A stretch of DNA of 60,000 nt. It comes from Lama glama (taxonomy: Eukaryota). The translations under genes were made by a program, and so were the position numbers. Shown one piece after another: positions 44,023-56,321 of this stretch. Within the stretch, counting starts at the first letter, position 1; each line of letters begins with the position of its first letter. Below the pieces are notes generated by a model that was not told the origin of the DNA, made no database searches, and saw only the letters and a program-made list of their open reading frames with translations. Where the stretch lies: contig CM052818.1 of assembly GCA_028534125.1 (NCBI GenBank), positions 34,350,001 through 34,410,000 of the forward strand. Direction: 5' to 3'.

Positions 44023-44854
44023 TTAGAAGGATCCAAGGAGATAGTACAGTGCCTGGCACACAGTAGGTCTGCAAGAAATGCCTTTTGATTTGCTTGCTAA
44101 AAGTACTGAGTTTGGGGCTAGACTAGATGCGCTTTATGGTCCAGTCAGGCTCAGTTCACCGTTCATGGAGAATTTCCTCTGTGCTAGGCTCTTCCACCCT
44201 CCTTGAAATGCTGCAATTCCCTGGCGCCAGGGAGGGTTGCCCCTGGAGTCCTGGCTGAGCCTTCAAGCCCTGCTTTCTCCCAGCTTCTCCCATCCCCTAC
44301 CTGCCCCAAAGCCCCCACACTTCTACCCTGCGGTCTGCTGCTTGCAAAGGCCCAACACTCACAGGTTGGTGTAAGGGCCTAGAGGCCCACGGGCTCCTGC
44401 AAAGGAAATGAGCCTCTGGCAGGCTAATTACTGGGCGCTGATTCTATTAAGCAGATAGCTCGCTCTAGGCAAAGCAATTACATCTAATCAGCCCCTTGCA
44501 GCAGTCCAAAGGGACAGCCGTTTGAGCCAGACACATGCGTGAGTAGGAGCATCAAAGCAGCCTGGGGCTCAGACCTGGGCAGTTTTGTTTCAGGCTAAGG
44601 GTTGCTCAGAAAGTGGTCCCCTGGCTCCTTCCCTGGGCTGCCCTGATCTCGGCCACACTCGTGCTGCAGTTCTGTCAAAGCAGAACTGAATGGAGACTCA
44701 AAAGAACTGTGATGAGACTTGGCTCTGCCACCAGGGAGCTGAATTTCACTGGGGAGAATACTTCTCTGACCCAAGCCTCAGTTTCCCTGTCTGTCTAATG
44801 GGTAGGATGGACTAAAAAGGGCACATTCCAAGTTTGAAACTGGAGTCCATCTTG

Positions 44855-45108
44855 ATATCGTATTGTATACTTAAGAAAGTACTAAGAGGGAAGATCTTAG
44901 TAAAGTGTTCTTATAAAAATATAATAACAATAATAGTAAATAAAGAGTCAGGAGGAAACTTCTGGAGGTGATGGATACGTTTACAACAGGGGCTGTGTGC
45001 ATGGTTTCATACCTATCTCCAAATGCAACAAGTTGTGTACATTACATATGTACAGCTTTTTGTATGTGGATCATATCTCTATGTGGTTTTAATTTTTTAA
45101 AAAAAAAG
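44855..45108 (+). mobile_element. Old L1M 3' end fragment
   Basis: ggaaacttctggaggtgatggatacgttta...gttgtgtacatta.atatgtacag, ending in an A run. Confidence 0.7.
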
Positions 45109-45886
45109 AGAGTGAGAGAGAGAGACGCTAGCCTATCTAGTCCACATGGTTTGGATTCTAGTCCAGGCTAAAATGAGCTGACCAGCTAGAAAAGAACTTT
45201 TGAAGTCCTCAAACATGGAAATATGTGCTGCAGGATCTCATTACTCAGACTATTTGTTTTTTAAAAATAAGGAAAATAATGTATTTTTTAAAACTATGGA
45301 TGCCCTCCTGACATTTTTGCCTCCAGAAATTTAATGAAATGTGCGTTCCCCAAAAAACAGCCAAGATTTTCTGACCATGATTTAGTGGCTTCTGCGTCAC
45401 AGATTCTTTGAGGAAGCTGGGTCATGTTAGCAGGGGAAGGAACAGGAGGTCCCTGGAAGTGAAGGGGTGATGAGTAAGGTGGAGACAGGAGAGTCCTTGG
45501 GCCATGGCAGGGTCTGTTTGATCTGTGCTGGTTCTTTTCCCAGAATAAGAACTCCCTGAAAGTTTTCTGGACACTGTCAGAATGCTGAGGAGAGATTTAA
45601 ACATTAGTCCCTCCCATCACTGAAATTCTAGGATTCTGGCATTAAGCAGCTGGAGTGACCAAAACTCACCATACCGGCAGCCTAGTGGAGGGAAACCAGA
45701 AGGCAGTGCAGCTGTGGGAGCGGGGCAAGCCACGGCCCTTCTGTGAGCCTGTCTCCTCCTCTACAGCACTGGAAGATGAGAGCATCTCCAAGTAGTCCCC
45801 CTCACACAGTGGTTGTGGGACTCCAAGTGAGATGGCAAATGTGAAACTAAGACTAATTAATTAATTCTAGTAAAAGGTGAGAATGT

Positions 45887-47050
45887 AAACTGAAAAGCTT
45901 CAGTACAGCAAAGGAAACCATCAACAAAATGAAAAGGCAAACTATGAAATAAGAGAAGGTACTTGCAAATCATGTATCTGATAAGGGGATAATGCCCCAA
46001 ATATATAAAGAATTCGTACAGCTCAATAGAGAAAACCTAAAGCATTCAGTTAAAAAATGGGCAAAGGATGTGAGTAGACATTTTTTTAAAGCAGACATAA
46101 CAAGGATCAACAGGTACATGTAAAGATGCTCAACGTCACTGATCACTAAGGGAATGCAAATCAGGATGGCAATGAGCTATCACCTCACATCTGTTAGAAT
46201 GACTATTATCAAAAAGACAAGCAATAACAAGTGTTGGCAAAGATGTGGAAAAAAAGGAACTCTTGTGCACTGTTGGTGGGAATGTAAACTGGTTCAGTCA
46301 CTATGGAAAACAGTATGGAGTTTCCTTAACACATCAAAATAGAACAACCATATGATTTGGCAGTTTCACTTCTGAGTATTTATCCAGAGGAAGCAGAATC
46401 ACTATCTTGAAAAGATATATGCACCATGTTCACTGCAGCATTATTTACAATAGCCAAGATTTGGAAACAACCTAAGTGTCCATCAGTGGATGAGTGGATA
46501 AAGAAAATGTGATACAGTTATACAATGGACTATCATTCACCTATAAAAAAGGAGGAAATTCTGCCATTTGTGGCAACATGGATGGATCTTGAGGGCATTA
46601 TGCTAAGTGAAATAAGCCAGGCAGAGAAAGACAAATCCCGTATGATCTGACTTATGTGTAGAATCTTACAAAAACTGAGCTCATAGATACAGAGAACAGA
46701 TTGGTGGTTGCCAGAAGCAGAGAGTGGGAGGTGGGTAAAATGGGTGAAGATGGTCAAAGGATACAAGCTTCCATTTGTGAGTCCCAGCGATGTAATATGC
46801 AGCATGGTGGTTATAGTTAACAACACCATATTGTGTATTTGAAAGTTTCTAACAGACTAGATCTTATAACAAGGGGAAAATGATAACTATGTGTGGTGAT
46901 GGGTATCAACTATTATTGACAAATATTTGACAAATTATTGACAAAATCAACTATTATTATTGATTTTTGGGGTAATCATTTAATAATATATACATGTATC
47001 AAATTATTATATGTAATATATTGTTCTTTGTCAATTATATCTCAATTAAA
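45887..47050 (+). mobile_element. 5'-truncated L1 (ORF2 3' end, 3'UTR, short A tail)
   Basis: Degenerate ORF2 peptide YHLTSVRMTIIKKTSNNKCWQRCGKKGTLVHCWWECKLVQSLWKTVW; TSD-like aaaaggtgagaatgt (45872-45886) and aaaagatgagactgt (47051-47065). Confidence 0.93.
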
Positions 47051-50000
47051 AAAAGATGAGACTGTTATTATTAGCAGCTGGGACCCAGGTCTCCCTCTCT
47101 AACACAGCCTTTCTCTCTGTTCTGATTTTCATGACTGTAGCTTTGACAGCAGGATGGCCTTGCTGGAACAGACTGAGGGTCACATGACTTCCAGCATTCC
47201 CTGGCCTTGGTGATCTCAGATGGCTGGTGCCCATGTAATCAGACCAAAGCCTTGGTCTGTCCTCAAAGAGGAGCTCTGGTGCTGATTGGCAACCAGTGGC
47301 CTTGCTAGTCTCTGCATAGCATTTGGGCATTTGCTGGGGGGAGGAGAAATAACCTTGATTCAGACACTGGGGTTGAGGAGAGCCACTTCCCTGGACCAGA
47401 CTGGCAGGGAGGGTGGGGGGGAGGATCCGGGGGGCAGGGGCACCAGGCAGGCCTGGATTGCCCTGCTCGTCAGCACCCCGCATTAATCACTTGCCAGGAG
47501 AAAGGCTATGAGGAGAAAGCCGCGTTATTCCCCATATTACTTTGAGAGTGGTGGGAGGGAAGGTTGGACCGGGAAGTTGTTGAGAAGCCTGGAGTGACAG
47601 CCTAAGAAATTTGCCCTGCTCCTTGGAGGCAGTGTAGAAACACAAAAGGTACTTGGGCAGGACTATTCCACCAAGAGATCATAGCCTTCAGATCCAAGCC
47701 TGCATCCCTCGGCATGGGCTCCTGTCTCGCGTGATCCGCCCAGCCTGCTTCTCTGGCATCATCCCATTTGCTCCCCTTTTAGGGCTCTCTGCCCGAGCTG
47801 TGCTGTGCTCTTCACAGTCCCTCCAAATGCTCCAGGCTCTTTCTTGCCTTTCTGCTGGAAATGCACACTCTGCCAGGTACAGATATGATTGTACTTAGTT
47901 CTCCCAACAACCCTTGGAAGGCTGCATTCCCATTTTACAGATGAGAAAACTGAGGCTCATGGCAAAGCCACTTGGCTAAGCTCTTACAGGTAAGTGGACA
48001 ACAGATCCGATATTAAACCCAAATCAGTTTGACTCTAATGCCTATGCTTTCACTTTTCTGCCACACTCTCTTGCTAGAAGATGATTAAGGGCAGAGCCTG
48101 GCAGCAATAGAGAACTAGAGCAAAAGGTGCTATCCACACACATAGCTAGAGCTTCAAAAGTACTGGTTGTGTGAACGAATGAGCAGCTCAGAGAGGAAGG
48201 CTGTAGGAAGGGCCAGGATGCAGCACCTGGCTTTGTCCCAGGAGGGACAGAGGCTTGACTCTGAGTAGGAAACAGGACAGAAGTGTGGGCAAAGCCAAAT
48301 GACTCTAGCTTGCAAAGTGACCGGGAGACAAGACTGTCATGAACGAGCTGAACTCAGTGACTGATCTGACGTGAAGAGGAAAGAGGAGGCCGAATTGTCC
48401 ATGGCCCAGCCCTAGCACCCAGCCCAGGCAGGGATGTAGAAGGGTCTCCACAGCTATGCACAGATCAAGGATACCTTTGAGGCTTTGAGCTGGGTGTCTA
48501 GGAGAATGGCAGTGTCTCCAGCATACTGAGCAATCTGAAGGGGTAGGGACCATCCATCCACATGAATGGCGGTTGGTCCTGGCTCTGGGTTACCATGGGG
48601 AGGCACAGGCAGGTACCTGGCTCAGATGACTGAGAGATGGCACAGTCCAGTGATTCATGGACTCCACAGCATGTCAGGGAGGTGGAGATCAGCCGGGAGG
48701 CAGCGCTCTGGCGGAAGGGCACCAAGCCGTCAGGGAGATGGAAAAAGTGATGTCGTTAAGGAACAATGTGGCCAAAGGAATGAGCTGTAACTTGCTGGAT
48801 CCAAAAGGACAAATGGGAAAACAGCTGCCAGAGGCCCAGGGGTGTCTGATGATGGCCTGACACGGCCCTGGGGGAGGGACTGAGCCCCAGCCCAGAGGCC
48901 AGAAGGGATCACCCCATAGGTTCTGTGGACCTTTTTTGTCCCCCAATACCTTGCCAAACAAGCCCTCTGGTCTATTAATAAAGGCTTGATGAATTGAGTC
49001 AAGGCAGACCTCCTGGCCAGAAAACTCAACCCTGTTTCAGACGAGTGGATCTAAGGAGGCTGTGAAGCAGGGGAAAGAGCACAGGTTCCAGGTGGGTCCC
49101 ACTCCTGCCCAGCAATGTAGCCCACCTTCTTAAAATGGGTTAGAAGGAGTAGGTGCAATACAGGAAGTCCCAGTTCTGTCTGGACTGTCATGTCACAATG
49201 CTTCCTTCCCTTACCTCTGTTCCCTCCTTTCTGGATAAGTGCTGGGGAAACCAACCCCCCACCATGGCTTAGGGAGGAAGCCAGCTGTAAGGCTTAGGTG
49301 ACCTGGTTGGGGAAAGGAGCTTCCTGGGTCTAGCCTGGCTGGTGTGGGCCGTGGAAGGACTGAACTGATTAGAGGCAGGCCAGATCCTCAGCAGAGACTC
49401 AGTGGAAATTTAGAGTTTTGAACTGAGTTCCAAAGGGAGTGTGTGTGTTTGTGTGTGTGTGTTGTGGTGATGGAGGTCATCTGGTCTAAATTCCCACTCA
49501 ACAAGGTGAGGAAACAGAGGCCCAGAGAGGGGAAGGGTCAAGGGCATGTGACATGATGATGATACTTAGATCTTGATTGAGTTCTAATCCATTGCTGTCT
49601 TTCCTACTAAGAAAAGTCTCTGACTAACAAAGAGATAGTGGGGTTCCAGGCAATGGCCAGGGCACCAGACTTGAGCAGAAGTGCTTGTGTGGACCTTGGG
49701 AATCTGGAGGAACTGGAGACTGATTTTTATTGTAGTCAAAATTGTTGAGAACCCAGTGAGCCCTGGGTGGGGCCGTGGCTCACCTGCTACGTAGGGGGGC
49801 CCAACTTGCTGCAGAGGGGTGTTCTTTCCTGGTGGTTTTGGGTCACGGAGCTTTGGGGTCTGATGGGCTGGGGCTCCAGGAGGTGACTGATCTCCAGAGG
49901 CTTGACAGGGGCATACACACGGTCACACCAGGGTCTCTGTCTGCCCTGCCAATGGTGAACCCAGAAATACACTCTCCTGTTTGCCCCAAAACTCAGTCTT

Positions 50001-51229
50001 GAGAGCACATCCAGTGCGTGTGTGGTCCCACTGTCATGTCCATTTTTCCAAAGATGAAGGATGGCTCCAGGGTCCACCCAGATGGTAAATAGGGGCAGTG
50101 GGACTCCTGGGTCATTCCCCACACACACTACGGCATCTTCTTCCTCTGTCTGCACACACCCTCCAAAGCCTTCCTCAGGGCTTGTGATTCTCCTTAGCTG
50201 CCAGGCCAGCCCCCTTGAATGTTTTCAACTGTAAATCCTACTTCTCACCTCCTGTGTCTGAGCCCTTTCACTCTTAGGCTGGACCAACCTTCTCCACAAG
50301 ATTGGGGGCAGGATGCAGAAAGGGAAGTCCCATGCCCCTGTACAGAGAGGGAAACTGAGGCACGAGGCTGGCCAGAGCCAAGGCTAGGATCCAGGAATTT
50401 CTGTCCCCAGGTCCAGCAAGAGACGCCCAGAGCTGCAAGGAAAGGCAGCAGGCAGAGAAACGCCATTCTGTTTTCTTAAGCTTCCCAGCTGGGACTGAGA
50501 GCCCTAAATCCTCTCTGAAAATACAGAAAAGGGATTTAAATAAAATCAAGATATTAACCTTCCAAAATTGGACACCCCCCTCCATAGAGAGATTAACTTC
50601 TTTCCTAAGCACTTTTTTTCATTTCTATAAACATCTTAATTCACACCAACATCATGGTCAGCCTGGATTATGGATGGATGGTCTTGTCTCAGCCACACAT
50701 GCACATTTGTGCAAGCACACACACACCTGGAGCAGCAGAGAGAGCACTGGATAAGGAGTTAAAGACCTGGGCTTTATTTCCAACTCTGCCACTGAACCTG
50801 GGACCGCAGGTTTCTCGCCTGTAAAAGGGGAGGCTGGTTTCCCAGCTCACTCTCTGGCACTGCCCGGCAGCGTAGTCTGGCTCCCCTTGTTTATTTCCCA
50901 CTCTCCCCCTAACCCCCTGCTTCTCAAGGGCCCTGCCTGTTTCTCTCAGAACCTCTTTGACAGCTCAGGCCTGAACAGGACGCACTGCGGCTCTGTGTGG
51001 GGGTCAGGGCTGCTTGTATGGTTATTTCAGCTCTGCTGTAAATGCAGAGTCACAGGTAAAACACCCAGCACAGGATCTGAGCTCATGGTAGGGGCTTCCA
51101 GAAGCTCATTCCTTCCCCTCCCACCTCCTCTTTTTAATTCACCTGGTCACTCATCCCCACCTGTGGCCACGTTCCCTTCCTCGGCCTCAGTCGCTAGAGA
51201 AGCCACATCATTTTTTTCTAGTTTCAGGC

Positions 51230-51800
51230 TTGGCTTGTCCGTGTCATGTGGCTCCAGTATGAACTCCCGACTGATTCCTGCTGCTTTTAGGATGAAGACC
51301 TAGACCCTCAGCATGGCCTGCAGGGGGCTCTCGTGGATCCACACGCACCCCACCCCCAACCTCTCCAGCCTGGCCTGGGGGATCCACTTGCCCCACCCCT
51401 CTGGGCATTCAGAGCTTTCTTTCAGGTCCCCAGTCTTGTCATGTTCCTTCCTTCTTGGCCTCCCCAAGAATCTTACCTCCCCCTGGACTCACCCCTGTCA
51501 CCTCTGGGCTCACACCTGCTCCTGTGATGGTCCCTTACCCAGGAAGTCCTCCTTGACCACAGGGAGGTAAGGTCCCTTGGTCTATGGTCCTCTGGCTCCC
51601 CTCTCCTCCCAGATGACAAAACACCATCATAATGAAAAGAATGGTTGTACCTCAAGCATTGGATGTCTGTCTCCCCCGCTGGACTATGATCTCCAGGAAG
51701 GCAGGGACAGGTCGATGTGTCTGTTTGGTTCAACACTGTCTCCCCAGCACCTGCTCAGCATCGGGGCGCTATAACTACTTGTTGGGTAAATGAATGAGTG
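51230..51800 (+). mobile_element. L2 3' fragment
   Basis: ctggactatgatctccaggaaggcagggac...tttgttgggtaaatgaatgag L2-like terminus. Confidence 0.7.
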
Positions 51801-52404
51801 GCGTCTAAAATTGCTCTTTTTAAGCACACCTGCAACCTGGCTTAGCACCTTCCATGAAATCCAGGCACAGCATTCTCTAAAACAGCTTTGTTCTTCTCTA
51901 GGTATCTACTTAACCTCCCCTAGAGGTTCCCTCTTTTCCCTCCTGACGCCATAGATTCTCAAAACCTCCAGTTTCTTTTTCAACGAACCTCCGACCTGCT
52001 GACAGCCTTAGTCCAATCAAGCAGCAGATTTCGTATCCACGTCAGTTTCTTCCACCTTCTGACAAGCCCAATCATTGCTAAACCTTGATTATGTCCTGGT
52101 TCTTGAGGCTGCAGCCAGCTGTGGTTATTCTCAAATCTTGTCGCTGGGGAGGAGGGTGGATGTGGGCTAGCCCTGACTCAGCGAGGACCAGGAGAGAGAT
52201 GCCGAGTGTCCTCAGTGGCCTTGGGTAGGGGTGGGCCATGGCAGTGGTCTGGTTCTGGTTGGAGCAGAGGTTGTGTGAATCCCTATTTGACTGTTATTTT
52301 GGCCAGTGTTCCTTAAAGAATGTTCATGAAACAATGGTGCCTTGAGATGTTTTGCAAAAGAAAAAAAATCGTGTGCTTTAACACATTTGGGAAACTCTGA
52401 GCAT

Positions 52405-52975
52405 CACTCAGAATTAGTTCTTGTTTGCAAGCATCAGAAGCCAGCTCTGCTAATTTAAGCTTAAAAGGGATTTATTCTAAGGATTTTGGGTGGTTCACAG
52501 AGTCTCCTGCAGGGTCAGAAAACCAAAGTCAGAGGCAGAGCAGCCAGGAACAACATCTAAAGTCACATTGTAGGACTGGCCCCAGGAAGACCCCACTGCT
52601 GCCAACACTGAACTTGTGCTTCATGCTTTAGCTTGGGCCACTAGCTCCACCAACACTGGAAGCTGCTTTTAGAACTGCCACTACTGTAGCCTCTGGAAGC
52701 AGATTGGTGCTGCTGCCACCACCCTCACCAGAGTGGGATCCTTGCTTCTTTGAACCACGGGCTTTGGATTGAAAGCCTGGGGAAATGCGTCTAGTGGTGG
52801 AGTGAGGTCATGTGCCCGCGTGCTAGCTCAAGAAAGGCTGTGACAATGTAAATTTCCCATTTCATTTTCGGCTTCTGTACTGGGAGGCAGCCTTTGCTTG
52901 AAAACATAGGGGAAATCTTTAAACATAGAAAGGGAGGGCAGATGGTGATTGGCCCAAAACAATGACAACTGTTCT
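52405..52975 (-). mobile_element. MLT1-type (ERVL-MaLR) LTR, old subfamily
   Basis: ttgcaagcatcagaagccagctctgctaatttaagcttaaaagggatttatt resembles the reverse-complemented MLT1 3' end. Confidence 0.6.
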
Positions 52976-53026
52976 CTATGCTGTGGAGCCTGGACACCTG
53001 CCTTGCGAGTGGGCTGTGCTCTAGGA

Positions 53027-53237
53027 CAGGGTCTGCCAATCTCAGTACTGTTGGCGTTTTGGGCCACACACTTCTTTGTGGTGGGCTATCCTGGGCATTG
53101 TAGGATGTTTAGCAGCATCCAGGCCTCTACTCACTAGATGCCAGTAGCACCTCTCCAGTTGTGACTGCTAAAAACCTCTAAATACATTGCCAAGTGTCCC
53201 CTGGGGGGATGACTTTGCCCTCAGCTCAGAAACACCG
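53027..53237 (+). mobile_element. MER20 hAT-Charlie DNA transposon with a perfect 8-bp TSD
   Basis: gcattgtaggatgtttagcagcatccaggcctctactcactagatgccagtagcac signature; ctctagga at 53019-53026 and 53238-53245. Confidence 0.88.
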
Positions 53238-56200
53238 CTCTAGGAAATCTGCAGGACATTTGTAATACGTTTGAGGAAGCAGGGTTGATTTAACCTGGTT
53301 TCCCAAACTTATGACTACAGGAACATTTTTTTCCTCCAGCTCCCTTTGACTTTATTTCACAGAACTTACTTCAGGAAATGCTCGGGTGGTAACTAGGGGC
53401 CTCGTTCTACACGGTTCATGGAGGTAGGAGGTTGTACAGGCCAAATGGCACTCCGGGTCTCCCTGTCATCACCTTCCCCACCTGTCAACCTCCCCGAACA
53501 AGGCTGGGGCTCCTTGAGGTCTGGCTTTCTGAGGATCCACTCTCTGGGGAGTTAGTTGTTACTCTAGGAAAGACTCCCAGGGCCCCAGGGAGGAGCCTAC
53601 AGAGTGTCATTCAATGTGGAGAGTCAGTCTTTCTCCCTTTGGCTGTGAACCTGCCCTGAAGGCACAGGTATTGCTCCAATCACCTGGGACACACCTCTGC
53701 CTATGGCAAGTGGTCCACTGCAGCCCCCTGCACTGTTTGACAAAGATCTCACAAGATTCAGGCTCAAGCCCAGTTGGTCTCTAATACGTAGGCCCAGCCT
53801 CCAAGTCTGTATCCCCAACACGTTCACAAGGTCAAGGCCCTTATTACTGCCCAAAGGATGCCCTGGACACAGGGTCAAGTCTGCTCCAACCCAGGGAATA
53901 TCCCCACTATCGTGATGCAGGATGGAGGTCCAGGCCCCTGAAGGAGGGGGCTACCACCCACTGGCCTTACCCTTGGGAAGGAAGTTTTGGACCTGCTCCT
54001 GCCAGGCTGGGAAAAGGAGCATAGGGAAGCATGTGTCCTGAGCGACTCGGCTACCCATTCTGGGGACTTCTGTGATCTGGCAGTTTCTCCACACGGATGG
54101 CTCCGCTCCCACGTGCAGCTTCACATTTGGAGCCTCCTCACGTGGCTTACAGTGTCTCTCAGTGACCTTGGATCTTAACGTTGGGGAGCTGGTACTCTGG
54201 AAATAGAGTGGCATCAGGGTTAGACAAACCTGTTTGATCTTGGTTGCACCACTTAATGATGGAGTGATCTTGGCCATGTCACCTTTCCTTCAGAACTTTA
54301 ATCTCATCATCTGTGTAGGTTTTTAAAAGTACTTTTCCTGCTCCTACATTTAAGAATTCTAGATTTTAGGCACTAACAAGTGGCTCCTGGATGGGGTTCC
54401 CCAAAGCCTTCCTGAGAATTTAGGGACTCAGCCTCTGGACCCCAGGGTGCATCTTTATGGGGCAGGGGAGACAACTGGAATGAAAGAAAAAAAAAAAAGG
54501 CTTAAAATGTCTTGGATCCCAACCAGCCAGAGGATGCGCAAATGGAAAATTCCTGCTGTGTGTCAGAGGCCCACCTGGCCTGGGTGACAGCCCGCGAGCC
54601 AGACATACAGGCCCCACTGCGTGTTTAGACAGCACTTTCCTGCCCCGGCCAGAGCTCACCCTGCCCCTCACCAACACTGGTCCTGGGGAGTGGGGAGGAA
54701 CAGGGGTCCTCGCTCAGGCCCTGGAAAGCTTCTTGTGTCTTAAAATCTGAGCAGGGGCTGGGGAGTGGTAGTGTGAGCTGTAATAGGGAGAATGGGCAGT
54801 GGGAGGCCCAGGTCTGGCCCCCAGTCTGCCCTGAGCTCGTCTCTACAAACCAGGAGTCCCCGTGTCCTCATCTGTGTAGGGCATGGGGTGGACAGGGAGG
54901 TCTGCCGGTCCTCATCAGCCCTGACACCTTCCACTGGCGGAGGCCACCATTCTCTTGGAGATTCCACATCTGCCTTGGGAGAGGCCAAGGCCCCTTTCAA
55001 GCTGGGGGCAACTCTCAGACGCTGTCCTCAGCCTTAAGCTCACGTCCAAGGAGGCCATTGTCTGGAACTACGGGGCTGCTGACTTTGGCAGCACTCTCAG
55101 CGCCCACTGAGGTTTGCGGTGGGAGGCAGGTTCAGGGTGAGTGTAATGAAATGGACTCACCCCACTCAAAGACTGGGGGCAGAGGGGTGGGGGTGTTGGA
55201 CCAGGGAGAGGCCGAGAGGAGCCCTGAGCCACAGGGGCAATGTTTGACCAGCATTATTTGGAGGGAGAGTCCCTGAGTCTAGAAATGCTCCAGGGACCAG
55301 ATCTCATGCTCTAGTGTGGCCTGAGAAGGTCACTGGGCCATAGCAGGGCCAGGATGGAGAGGCCCTCAAACTCTGCTCACATCTCACACTCACAGCCTCA
55401 GCTGTCTAGGGCTTCAGGACCCTGCTGAGGCAGCGGGTCAGGGTACGGATTTTCAGAGCCCTCCCTGAGGCCAAGGCTCATCTGCAGGTTCCTGACTCTT
55501 GGGAGTTTGATTGGCAGAACTTGGGCCAGTGGGACGGACCAGTTCTGAGAGCCAGACAAAGCCTGGCCTGGGATAGTGGTCAATTCACCGGGGTGATGCC
55601 ACCTGGGAGGTCCCTTCTTAACTCAAGGTCCCACAGAGAGACTCCCTCTCGGTGCCTGTCACCTCTCCCCTGGATGCCAAGACAAATTTCAACCCAGGCC
55701 ACCACTGCTTCTGAACACTGTCCATCCCCAACCTGTCTCTGCCCAGACCACCCCTCAGGCAAATACTTAAAGGACAGTGCTGGAATGGCACTGCACACAA
55801 GCCAGGGCAAAGACAACCCTGGCCCACGGGACTCACTCTGCCTGGCTGCTCTACCCTCCTCCTCCTGGGCTGCCCTGCCCTTGCTTCCCTCTCTCCTTCT
55901 GCCTAAGGCCAGAGCTCTTTCTCTGAGCTCCCCTAGTCACTCAGAAGCAGTGTTCCCTTTCTCAGATCCTAAGTCAGCCCCTCAGCACCAGGGCACACCT
56001 ACTCTCCTCCAGCTGCTGGTGCTGCCAGCGACTTATTCCAGGAAAGGAGTACTGACCCGAGGTCAATTCCAGGACTCTGTCCACTCAGGAAACCCCTTCT
56101 CCTGTGTTTTGTTTCCTCACAGTTTCCAGCCTGTGTTTTTCTCTTCTGCATCCCTACATGCTCCCAGGAATTCGGGTCACCTGGAAATCTCTTTCTTGCC

Positions 56201-56281
56201 TCTTGGAGGACCAGAGTCAACATCACAATGTGCATCTCTGAAATCCAAGAATGCTCCAGGATGGGTATAGATGAGAGTGTA

Positions 56282-56284
<3 letters not shown>

Positions 56285-56318
<34 letters not shown>
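56285..56318 (+). repeat. (GT)17 microsatellite
   Basis: Perfect dinucleotide run. Confidence 0.97.

Positions 56319-56321
<3 letters not shown>

Larger units (their letters stand above)
52303..53385. mobile_element. MER103-like MITE arms split by later insertions
   Basis: Left arm cagtgttccttaaag...tttgggaaactctg (52303-52400); right arm tttcccaaactt...ttcaggaaatgct (53250-53385). Confidence 0.45.

Noticed and set aside
46905..46965. Short tandem duplications (tattgacaaa) inside the L1 3'UTR
   Set aside because: Local slippage within a dead repeat; no array or spacer organisation.
49776..50155. 122-aa minus-strand ORF ending near a good donor (cag|gtgagc)
   Set aside because: No ATG start, no recognisable homology and no clear acceptor. 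It could be a non-coding exon, but the sequence alone does not support that.
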